Shown: positions 1 through 10,249 of the stretch, one piece after another
Layout of the letters: each line of letters begins with the position of its first letter
Position numbering within the stretch: position 1 is the stretch's first letter
Assembly: GCA_002269645.1 (NCBI GenBank)
Contig: NIVC01005218.1
Location: 1-20,800, forward strand
Direction: 5' to 3'
DNA: 20,800 nucleotides
Source: Macrostomum lignano
Lineage: Eukaryota
Notes under the pieces: generated by a model
Told to the model about the DNA's origin: nothing
Databases searched by the model: none
The model's input: the letters and a program-made list of their open reading frames with translations, nothing else
Position numbers and translations under genes: made by a program

Positions 1-241
1 AAAAACGCCAGCACAAATTCAAGTAAAGCAAGAGATTTTTTCTTTACTTCTTCTTTTTACCTCCGCCGTACACTCTGTGCGCGAGAATTGTGGCCGAAAG
101 TAAGAAATAAATCTTGCCCTGCTCACAGTGAAAATGGTATAGGCTGTGTGGAGTCCAAGGTCTTAAAAATAGTTGGTCAGGTAGAAAAGATTTCCACTTG
201 TTAGGCGCATCTGGGTAGCGCAACCGTAATTTTGTTTAGGT

Positions 242-2899
242 TGGCGCCCCTGGCGCTCTTTAGTCTGACACCCCTGGCGCTCTGTAGTCTGGCCACTGGT
301 GCTCTTTAGTCTGGCGCCACTGGTGCTCTTTAGTCTGGCGCCACTGGTGCTCTGTAGTCTGGCGCCACTGGTGCTCTTTAGTCTGGCGCCACTGGTGCTC
401 TTTAGTCTGGCGCCACTGGTGCTCTTTAGTCTGGCGCCACTGGTGCTCTTAGTCTGGCGCCACTGGTGCTCTTTAGTCTGGCGCCACTGGTGCTCTTTAG
501 TCTGGCGCCACTGGTGCTCTTTAGTCTGGCGCCACTGGTGCTCTTTAGTCTGGCGCCACTGGTGCTCTTTAGTCTGGCGCCACTGGTGCTCTTTAGTCTG
601 GCGCCACTGGTGCTCTTTAGTCTGGCGCCACTGGTGCTCTTTAGTCTGGCGCCACTGGTGCTCTTTAGTCTGGCGCCACTGGTGCTCTTTAGTCTGGCGC
701 CACTGGTGCTCTTAGTCTGGCGCCACTGGTGCTCTTTAGTCTGGCGTCACTGGCGCTTTTAGTTTGCTTGGCGCCCTGGCGCTCTTTAGTCTAGCGCCAC
801 TGGCGCTTTTTAGTCTGTTTGGCGCCCTGGCGCTTTTTAGTCTGGCGCCACTGGCGCTTTTTAGTCTGTTTGGCGCCCTGGCGCTCTTTAGTCTGGCGCC
901 ACTGGCGCTCTTTAGTCTGACGCCCTGGCGCTCTTTAGTCTGGCGCCACTGGTGCTCTTTAGTCTGGCGCCACTGGTGCTCTTTAGTCTGGCGCCACTGG
1001 TGCTCTTTAGTCTGGCGCCACTGGTGCTCTTTAGCCTGGCGCCACTGGTGCTCTTTAGCCTGGCGCCACTGGTGCTCTTTAGTCTGGCGCCCCTGGCGCT
1101 CTTTAGTCTGTATGGCGCCCTGGCGCTCTTTAGTCTGGCGCCCCTGGTGCTCTTTAGTCTGATGCCCTGGTGCTCTTTAGTCTGGCGCCACTGGCGCTCT
1201 TTAGTCTGTATGGCGCCCCTGGTGCTCTTTAGTCTGGCGCCACTGGCGCTCTTTAGTCTGACGCCCCTGGCGCTCTTTAGTCTGGCGCCACTGGTGCTCT
1301 TTAGTCTGTATGGCGCCCCTGGCGCTCTTTAGTCTGGCGCCACTGGTGCTTTTTAGTCTGTATGGCGCCCCTGGCGCTCTTTAGTCTGCATGGCGCCCCT
1401 GGCGCTCTTTAGTCTAGCGCCACTGGCGCTCTTTAGTCTGTATGGCGCCCTGGTGCTCTTTAGTCTGGCGCACTGGCGCTCTTTAGTCTGACGCCCCTGG
1501 CGCTCTTTAGTCTGGCGCCACTGGTGCTCTTTAGTCTGTATGGCGCCCTGGCGCTCTTTAGTCTGGCGCCACTGGTGCTTTTTAGTCTGTATGGCGCCCC
1601 TGGCGCTCTTTAGTCTGCATGGCGCCACTGGCGCTCTTTAGTCTAGCGCCACTGGCGCTCTTTAGTCTGACGCCAATGGCGCTCTTTAGTCTGGCGCCCC
1701 TGGTGCTCTTTAGTCTGGCGCCACTGGCGCTCTTTAGTCTGACGCCCCTGGCGCTCTTTAGTCTGGCGCCACTGGCGCTCTTTAGTCTGGCGCCACTGGT
1801 GCTCTTTAGTCTGTATGGCGCCCTGGCGCTCTTTAGTCTGGCGCCACTGGTGCTCTTTAGTTTCTCTGGCGCCCCTGGCGCTCTTTAGTCTGCATGGCGC
1901 CACTGGCGCTCTTTAGTCTAGCGCCACTGGCGCTCTTTAGTCTAACGCCCCTGGCGCTCTTTAGTCTGGCGCCACTGGTGCTCTTTAGTCTGACGCCAAT
2001 GGCGCTCTTTAGTCTGGCGCCACTGGTGCTCTTTAGTCTGACGCCAATGGCGCTCTTTAGTCTGACGCCCCTGGCGCTCTTTAGCCTGGCGCCACTGGCG
2101 CTCTTTAGTCTGCATGACGCCCCTGGCGCTCTTTAGTCTGTATGGCGCCCCTGGCGCTCTTTAGTCTGGCGCCACTGGTGCTTTTTAGCCTGGCGCCCCT
2201 GGCGCTTTTTAGTCTGGCGCCACTGGTGCTCTTTAGTCTAGCGCCACTGGCGCTCTTTAGTCTAACGCCCCTGGCGCTCTTTAGTCTGGCGCCACTGGTG
2301 CTCTTTAGTCTGACGCCAATGGCGCTCTTTAGTCTGGCGCCACTGGTGCTCTTTAGTCTGACGCCAATGGCGCTCTTTAGTCTGACGCCCCTGGCGCTCT
2401 TTAGCCTGGCGCCACTGGCGCTCTTTAGTCTGCATGACGCCCCTGGCGCTCTTTAGTCTGTATGGCGCCCCTGGCGCTCTTTAGTCTGGCGCCACTGGTG
2501 CTTTTTAGCCTGGCGCCCCTGGCGCTTTTTAGTCTGGCGCCACTGGTGCTCTTTAGTCTAGCGCCACTGGCGCTCTTTAGTCTAACGCCCCTGGCGCTCT
2601 TTAGTCTGGCGCCACTGGTGCTCTTTAGTCTGACGCCAATGGCGCTCTTTAGTCTGGCGCCACTGGTGCTCTTTAGTCTGACGCCAATGGCGCTCTTTAG
2701 TCTGACGCCCCTGGCGCTCTTTAGCCTGGCGCCACTGGCGCTCTTTAGTCTGCATGACGCCCCTGGCGCTCTTTAGTCTGTATGGCGCCCCTGGCGCTCT
2801 TTAGTCTGGCGCCACTGGTGCTTTTTAGCCTGGCGCCCCTGGCGCTTTTTAGTCTGTTTGGCGCCCCTGGCGCTCTTTAGTCTGGCGCCACTGGCGCTC
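242..2899. repeat. Minisatellite, 24-nt unit CTGGCGCCACTGGTGCTCTTTAGT with 28-nt CTGTATGG/CTGCATGA variants, ~105-110 copies
   Basis: Unit read directly; its translation LFSLAPLV is 8 codons. Pure 24-mers at ~299-730, more variants downstream, and a 320-bp higher-order period at ~1908-2855. Confidence 0.97.
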
Positions 2900-3391
2900 C
2901 TTATCTTGGCACCACTAGCACCCTAACAAGGCACGCAAAGATCAGTCAGATTCAAACTTAGCAGAGCAAGCAGAAATGAAGAATTAGAAAAGGGAGTACG
3001 GAGCAAAACATGCCGAGAAAGGCGCTCTTTCAATTTTTCATAGATATTTTTTCTCCTTCGGCTGAAAGAAGAGCGCGAAGGCTTGAGGGTCGCGGGGGGA
3101 TCAGCGTCAATTAAAATCAGCATTTTCCATTTTGACCCTTCCCTACTCAGCAAGTCAAAGCCGCCCCATGCGAGCAAAATCAATGTGCAGATTGTGTGCC
3201 AGATAGGCTTATTTGCAAAATTATAATTCGAATATGAATCCATTTTTTACATGTGGGGCGTTAATGATTAATGACTTCTTGTAGTGGTTAATGTGTGCCT
3301 GTTCTGGGCTTTGACTGAACATTTAATTTTATAGCTGCAGAGTGACTGCAGTAACTATAGCTGTTTATTCCATAGATTTACAAGAATCTCC

Positions 3392-3666
3392 GTAGGTTCA
3401 CAAGTTCATAAAGACCTCAGTAGAATCACAAATTCACAAAGACCTTAGTAGATTCACAAATTCACAAAGACCTTAGTAGATTCACAAATTCACAAAGACC
3501 TCAGTAGAATCACAAATTCACAAAGACCTTAGTAGATTCACAAATTCACAAAGACCTTAGTAGATTCACAAATTTACAAAGACCTTAGTAGATTCACAAA
3601 TTCACAAAGACCTTAGTAGATTCACAAATTTACAAAGACCTTAGTAGATTCACAAATTCACAAAGA
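3392..3666. repeat. Minisatellite, 28-nt unit CACAAATTCACAAAGACCTTAGTAGATT, ~9.5 copies
   Basis: Unit starts at 3427, 3455 and so on to 3651 (28-nt period), with a degenerate copy at ~3399. Confidence 0.95.
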
Positions 3667-4009
3667 TACAAACAAATTCAGAGTATGCACGTAAATATAC
3701 TACTTGCAGCATTCTGCACTCGATAGTGCATATTTCTTGCAGTTTTCATAGCTTCAGCCAATCCCGAGGCGCATTCTTGGGGAGAGGGGATTTCGTGCCA
3801 ATAAGACGCAGTGGCCCGACTGAGATGAAGCGTACGTGCCATTCCATAGGAATATCCCCTTACGCTAATCTCAGCTGCTAGAAGAAGTGCAGACCAGCCA
3901 CTGCACCGGCTGCATACGTCAAGGAATTTCTAGGAAAGGTCATCGGACAGGGCAACAGTCAGATTTGACAGACCGACAGCGGCAGCGCTGCCATCGAAAC
4001 TCCCCGAGG

Positions 4010-5196
4010 ATGCTTGATCTGTCCAGGGGCTTCCTGTTGGCCAACAATGTCGCCTTGAGCTGCGTATTCGCCTTGGGCTTCATAGGAAACCTGCTAGTAC
4101 TGATTGTGGTGCTCACGCAGAAGGCCGCCCACACGGTCATCAATATCTACCTGGTTAACCTGGCCGTTGCTGACATCCTTCACCTGCTGTCTGTGCCGCC
4201 GCTGATCCACCTCACTCTGGTGGGCAGCTGGCCCTGGGCTCCGGCGCCTGCACCATGTACTACATCCTGTACTACACCAACTGGACAGTCAGCATCTTCA
4301 TCATCGTTGCCATGGGATTCGATCGCTACAAGGCCGTCGTGTCGCCGTTCACCTCGCAGCGCTACCGTAGCCGCGGCTTCGCCATCAGCCTCCTGGTGGC
4401 CCTGTGGTTCCTCGGCGCCCTGGCAATGCTGCCCATCGGCCTCTGCGCCCACGTGCACCGCATGGGCTCGGACGAGCTTAACGTGACCGACGTCAAATTC
4501 TGCGTGCACAGCAGCTTCGACGAGAACGGCACCCTGGCTGCCGCCTCGCCGCTGCGCCGGTTTTTCCTTGACGCGGAGCACTCGAGTTGGTACATGTTCG
4601 CCGTGGGCTGCCTGCTGCCCACCGTCCTGCTGGCCGGATTTTACGGCCTCATTCTGCGCAAGCTGCATCGCCTGCGGCTGGCCAGGGCCGCCAGCGGAGG
4701 CGGCGGAGGCGGCGGAGCAGCGGCGAGGTTCGAGCGAGTGACGATGCTGGTGACGGCTGTGGTGGCCTTCTACCTGGGCTGCTCGCTGCCGCACTGGATC
4801 CACGTCATCTTCACCTTGTCCGTGGCCGAGCCGGCCGCCTGGATGGCGCACAGTTCGCACCTGACGACCCTGCTGAGCTACGTTGGCAGCGCTGGCAACC
4901 CGGTGCTCTACGCTTTCTTGAACGACTCGTTCCGCACCGGACTTGGCGGGCTGCTGGCTCAGGCCGGCTGCAGCGATGCCGACGCCGCCGCCGCTGGCGG
5001 ATCCGCTGCTGGCGTCGGCGGTCGTCGGGGAAGGGAGGCCTTGACGATGCGGCCGGCACCGGCTCGAGACGTGGCCGATGGAGCGGCGGCGGGGGCGGCC
5101 GGCAGACGAGAAGCCGAAGAGCTGCTGTCTGTCGCGGCCGCCACCGAGGCCCCGGTGGGCACCTCCACCTACTGCGATGGGTACCTGAGCGACTGA
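4010..5196 (+). CDS. Intronless class A (rhodopsin-like) peptide GPCR, somatostatin/allatostatin-C/opioid receptor-like, ~395 aa, with one 1-nt frameshift at ~4232-4238
   Basis: ATG at 4010 with A at -3. The first frame gives TM1 GFIGNLLVLIVV and TM2 NIYLVNLAVADILHLLSVP, then ECL1 SWP. The -1 frame continues GSGACTMYY, TM3 ...AMGFDRYKAVVSP (DRY), TM4 LWFLGALAMLP, an ECL2 Cys (KFCVH), TM5 VGCLLP...FYGLILRKL, TM6 FYLGCSLPHW and TM7 GNPVLYAFLNDSFR (NPxxY), ending at TGA 5194-5196. Adding one base restores WP[W/L]G, and the TM3 Cys lies exactly 25 residues before the DRY Arg. Subfamily is assigned from motif memory only. A true pseudogene cannot be excluded. Confidence 0.9.
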
Positions 5197-5580
5197 CTGG
5201 GATTCTGCTCCGGGCAGGTGCTGGAGACCGCCATTGACTGACTAGCCCCGCTTATAAACTTACCAAATTTGAGTCGCTTACAAACGCATGAACTTAGCTG
5301 GGAAAGATTAGGGAATGGTTAATAATATCGCTATTATCGCTAAATATGCATGAAATCGCATGGTGGTTTATCCGCAACCAGTGCAGTCTCCGTCCATCTG
5401 CATGTTCTCTGCATCTATGGTTTAAGGAAGGACTCTATAGATTGTTACCGCAGTAAAAACATCTGAAAACTACCGAACTCGCCACCAGCGGCCCAGGCTC
5501 GATTCCAAATGCAGTCGCGTTCATTTTGGGCTAAATTGGAATCAACCACCTTCCAAGGCTCAAGTACGTGCCTAACGATA

Positions 5581-5586
5581 AATAAA
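5581..5586 (+). promoter_or_regulatory. Candidate polyadenylation signal of the GPCR gene
   Basis: AATAAA ~385 nt after the stop and before the 26-nt array. Motif evidence only. Confidence 0.35.
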
Positions 5587-5768
5587 GTTAGGGCCGCTTT
5601 ACACTCCTGTGTGAGTGTGTGCCTGTGCGTATGACTGCGTACGTATCCGCGCGCTTGTGTGCCTGCTCAGGGCAGTCGGCGGAATGGGCAGCAATGCCTC
5701 TCACCGGTTGTGTGACAATGTCGCTTAAAGTGCGTCAGGGTGCACACAGCCGCAATTGACCAAGTGAA

Positions 5769-6657
5769 GTCTATGGTCAAACACGGCAGAGACAGTCTAT
5801 GGTCAAACACGGCAGAGACAGTCTATGGCCAAACACGGCAGAGACAGTCTATGGCCAAACACGGCAGAGACAGTCTATGGCCAAACACGGCAGAGACAGT
5901 CTATGGCCAAACACGGCAGAGACAGTCTATGGCCAAACACGGCAGAGACAGTCTATGGCCAAACACGGCAGAGACAGTCTATGGCCAAACACGGCAGAGA
6001 CAGTCTATGGCCAAACACGGCAGAGACAGTCTATGGCCAAACACGGCAGAGACAGTCTATGGCCAAACACGGCAGAGACAGTCTATGGCCAAACACGGCA
6101 GAGACAGTCTATGGCCAAACACGGCAGAGACAGTCTATGGCCAAACACGGCAGAGACAGTCTATGGCCAAACACGGCAGAGACAGCCTATGGCCAAACAC
6201 GGCAGAGACAGTCTATGGCCAAACACGGCAGAGACAGTCTATGGCCAAACACGGCAGAGACAGTCTATGTCCAAACACGGCAGAGACAGTCTATGGCCAA
6301 ACACGGCAGAGACAGTCTATGGCCAAACACGGCAGAGACAGTCTATGGCCAAACACGGCAGAGACAGTCTATGGCCAAACACGGCAGAGACAGTCTATGG
6401 CCAAACACGGCAGAGAAAGTCTATGGCCAAACACGGCAGAGACAGTCTATGGCCAAACACGGCAGAGACAGTCTATGGCCAAACACGGCAGAGACAGTCT
6501 ATGGCCAAACACGGCAGAGACAGTCTATGGCCAAACACGGCAGAGACAGCCTATGGCCAAACACGGCAGAGACAGTCTATGGCCAAACACGGCAGAGACA
6601 GCCTATGGCCAAACACGGCAGAGACAGCCTATGGCCAAACACGGCAGAGACAGTCTA
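5769..6657. repeat. Minisatellite, 26-nt unit GTCTATGGCCAAACACGGCAGAGACA, 34 copies
   Basis: A unit starts at 5769 and another at 6601 (32 x 26 later), so there is no net indel. Only a few substitutions are visible. Confidence 0.98.
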
Positions 6658-7432
6658 GTCTATGGACAGTTGTTACTGTACCCAGGCCGTTCATTTTTTT
6701 TTTCGCCAACTATGCATAAATAAAGTCATATTGTTTTGCAGGCTCACTAGGACGTCAATCAGTACCCTCAATACTAAAACTGAATATACTTTCTATACCA
6801 GCTACTGGTATAAGGAAGCTGGACTCTAAAAGATGAAGAAAGAAATGGCAGTTCTAACTCTCGAGCTGCCAGCCGGAAAAGACTGAGAGCTGAGCCGATG
6901 GCTGAGGCTTCAGGAAGCAGGGCAGAAATTCCCATTCTGTAGGAATTTACAACGGACGATGGATTTGGATTCGATGGATTACTGCACTGCTGCAGTGAAG
7001 GGGAGGGGAGATGGATTATGAATGAGGCTGAGCTGCTGGTCTAAGTCCCGGGCAACCAGAGAACCCGGGTCCTTATGCTTATAAACATTACTGACATGCT
7101 TGCTGCATGCATTTCGCCGTCGATCTCATAGATATAATTTTCCACCCCGTCTTCCCTCCCATTTTCTCCTCCCTAATCTCCCTCATCCCTCCTCTCCCAT
7201 TGTCTCCGCGCTCCGCACAAGGCAGATTGCCAGTGAAGCTGTTCAGGGTTCAACTGTCACGGTGGAACCTTTTTATTTAATAAACAATGGCTGATAGAGA
7301 AGCTCAGTGAGTCGTACGCTGAGTCAGTTTTTTGTGATTTGCTTCACAAAGCAGCTTGGCAAATTTTCTGGCGATTTTCCTGTATGATAATCATTGTTCA
7401 CTAATCCCCTTCGGCTGCGTCTGCGGCTCGCT

Positions 7433-7990
7433 CACTCCGTTTTTAGGCACTCTCAGTCTGTCACTCCGTTTTCAGGCACCCTCAGTCTGTCACTCCGTTT
7501 TCAGGCACTCTCAGTCTGTCACTCCGTTTTCAGGCACTCTCAGTCTGTCACTCCGTTTTCAGGCACTCTCAGTCTGTCACTCCGTTTTCAGGCACTCTCA
7601 GTCTGTCACTCCGTTTTCAGGCACTCTCAGTCTGTCACTCCGTTTTCAGGCACTCTCAGTCTGTCACTCCGTTTTCAGGCACTCTCAGTCTGTCACTCCG
7701 TTTTCAGGCACTCTCAGTCTGTCACTCCGTTTTCAGGCACTCTCAGTCTGTCACTCCGTTTTCAGGCACTCTCAGTCTGTCACTCCGTTTTCAGGCACTC
7801 TCAGTCTGTCACTCCGTTTTTAGGCACTCTCAGTCTGTCACTCCGTTTTCAGGCACTCTCAGTCTGTCACTCCGTTTTTAGGCACTCTCAGTCTGTCACT
7901 CCGTTTTCAGGCACTCTCAGTCTGTCACTCCGTTTTCAGGCACTCTCAGTCTGTCACTCCGTTTTTAGGCACTCTCTGTCTGTCACTCCG
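7433..7990. repeat. Minisatellite, 29-nt unit CACTCCGTTTTCAGGCACTCTCAGTCTGT, ~19 copies
   Basis: CACTCCG occurs at 7433 and 7984 (19 x 29 apart), followed by a degenerate tail to ~8050. Confidence 0.98.
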
Positions 7991-8396
7991 CCTCTGTCAC
8001 TCCATTTTTTCACTCTACGTCTTTTCCTCCGCGTGTTTCACTCTGTCACACCCTCTCACCTGTACATATGGATGAATTGGTCACTTCAATCTCTCATGCA
8101 GCCACTTTTTTTGCTCCACTTCAATCCGCGGCCTTGCCATCTCTGACCATCTCAGATTTTGTGTTGCAATATCCTCTGCAAAGCCATTGGAAGCGAGCGG
8201 ATGCAGATCTGCCGTTTGGAATTAATGCAAAGGTTTCAGGCCTTATAGCGCTGGATGTACGAGCGATTAACTAAACATATTTTATTAAGGGAAGCAAAAT
8301 GTCAGACAAGCAAACCTTTTATTCGGTCGCGGTAGAGGCAAAATAGTTGCTATGGCTAAGCAGAATCTGACTGGAAACCCTCCGCTTTGCAAGGCT

Positions 8397-9826
8397 CACC
8401 GAGAGACAGGGGGTCACCAAGAGACAGGGGTCACAAAGAGACGGGGCACACCAAGAGACAGGGGGTCACCAAGAGACAGGGGGCCCACCAAGAGACAGGG
8501 GGCACACCAAGGGACAGGGGGCACACCAAGAGACAGGGGCTCACACCAAGAGACAGGGGGGCCACCAAGAGACAGGGGGGGCCACCAAGAGACAGGGGGG
8601 GCCACCAAGAGACAGGGGGCCACCAAGAGACAGGGGGCACACCAAGAGACAGGGGGCACACCAAAAGACAGGGGGCACACCAAGAGACAAGGGCTCACAC
8701 CAAGAGACAGGGGGCCACCAAGAGACAGGAGGCACACCAAGAGACAGGGGGCCCACCAAGAGACAGGGGGCACACCAAGAGACAGGGGCTCACACCAAGA
8801 GACAGGGGGGGGCCACCAAGAGACAGGGGGGGCCACCAAGAGACAGGGGGCCACCAAGAGACAGGGGGAACACCAAGAGACAGGGGGCCCACCAAGAGAC
8901 AGGGGGCACACCAAGAGACAGGGGGCCCACCAAGAGACAAGGGGCCCACCAAGAGACAGGGGGCACACCAAGAGACAGGGGGCACACCAAGAGACAGGGG
9001 GCCCACCAAGAGACAGGGGGCACACCAAGAGACAGGGGGCACACCAAGAGACAGGGGGCCCACCAAGAGACAGGGGGCACACCAAGGGACAGGGGGCACA
9101 CCAAGAGACAGGGGCTCACACCAAGAGACAGGGGGGCCACCAAGAGACAGGGGGGGCCACCAAGAGACAGGGGGCCACCAAGAGACAGGGGGCCACCAAG
9201 AGACAGGGGGCACACCAAGAGACAGGGGGCACACCAAAAGACAGGGGGCACACCAAGAGACAAGGGCTCACACCAAGAGACAGGGGGGCCACCAAGAGAC
9301 AGGGGGCACACCAAGAGACAGGGGGCCCACCAAGAGACAGGGGGCACACCAAGAGACAGGGGCTCACACCAAGAGACAGGGGGGGCCACCAAGAGACAGG
9401 GGGGGCCACCAAGAGACAGGGGGCCACCAAGAGACAGGGGGGGCCACCAAGAGACAGGGGGCCCACCAAGAGACAGGGGCACACCAAGAGACAGGGGCCC
9501 ACCAAGAGACAAGGGGCTCACCAAGAGACAGGGGCACACCAAGAGACAGGGGGCACACCAAGAGACAGGGGGCCCACCAAGAGACAGGGGGCACACCAAG
9601 AGACAGGGGGCACACCAAGAGACAGGGGGCACACCAAGAGACAGGGGCCCACCAAGAGACAGGGGGCACACCAAGAGACAGGGGGCACCAAGAGACAGGG
9701 GGCACACCAAGAGACAGGGGGCGCCCACCAAGAGACAGGGGCGCCACCAAGAGACAGGGGGCGCCCACCAAGAGACAGGGGGACCCACCAGGAGACAGAG
9801 GTGCCCACCAGGAGACAGGGGCGCCC
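8397..9826. repeat. G-rich minisatellite, ~19-22-nt unit CACCAAGAGACAGGGGG(C/CA/CC), ~70 copies
   Basis: Near-constant CACCAAGAGACAG core followed by a G run of variable length (4-8). Confidence 0.96.
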
Positions 9827-10086
9827 TGACTATATTCGGAATTGGAAGATGAGGATTAAGGTAGCTCCAGATGCTGGTTTAGGTCTCCTTGCATCCAGTC
9901 AGTCAGCTTTAGTTGCTGGGCCGCCTATTGATGGCTTTAACCGGAACTTCTAAAGGATATTGCTGCCACCGAGGGGCTATTCACTGAACCTGCGATGTAT
10001 GAAGTAGAGGAAAAATGCATATTTTATACTCCTATGGCGTATACAGTCTGTTAGGTTTTATATTCAGTTAGTTCAGATAACAAGTG

Positions 10087-10096
10087 GTCACGTGAC
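10087..10096. promoter_or_regulatory. Perfect palindrome GTCACGTGAC (E-box; CLEAR/USF/TFE-type bHLH-ZIP site)
   Basis: Exact 10-bp match in a unique spacer. No function shown. Confidence 0.3.
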
Positions 10097-10249
10097 AACC
10101 GCCTGCCTTCTGTAGCACATGGGACAGAAGGCTTCACGGCCAAACCCGGTGCAAATTTCATGATTTAATCTGCTGGTTTCCATTGCGATGCACTAGCAGA
10201 ATTTCAAATTTTCAATTTCGAATTTCAAACAAGTTCAATTCTTAACAAG

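Noticed and set aside
21-117. Inverted repeats AAGTAAAG/CTTTACTT (21-49) and an imperfect pair at 28-49 / 98-117
   Set aside because: They are short, AT-rich and imperfect, with no target-site duplication, which is insufficient for a MITE or RNA call.
2923-3243. 106-aa minus-strand ORF MDSYSNYNF...
   Set aside because: I recognise no domain and see no splice or codon support. A degraded transposon fragment cannot be excluded without a search.
4220-4227. GTGGGCAG as a micro-intron that would restore the GPCR frame
   Set aside because: Eight nucleotides is far below spliceosomal minimum size, and removing it would delete the conserved WP motif.
4180-5237. Overlapping ORFs 4180-4860 (-), 4362-4622 (-), 4587-5237 (+), 4811-5059 (-) and 4959-5168 (-)
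   Set aside because: These are shadow ORFs expected from GC-rich codon usage in the GPCR, and they show no recognisable motifs.
7410-7436. TTCGGCTGCG and CTCGCTCACT, reminiscent from memory of the pUC/ColE1 origin region
   Set aside because: Only two ~10-nt matches that are not colinear with a vector and run straight into the 29-mer array, so chance.
6780-8274. Protein-like stretches in spacers (DEERNGSSNSRAASRKRLRAE..., ORF 7100-7294, ORF 8068-8274)
   Set aside because: They are short or interrupted by stops, lack consistent splice sites, and resemble no family I recognise.
9961-9982. CTCF-like GCCACCGAGGGGC, a similar GCCACCAGCGGC at 5481, and near-matches in the 24-mer
   Set aside because: All are imperfect matches to a degenerate motif, with no supporting evidence.
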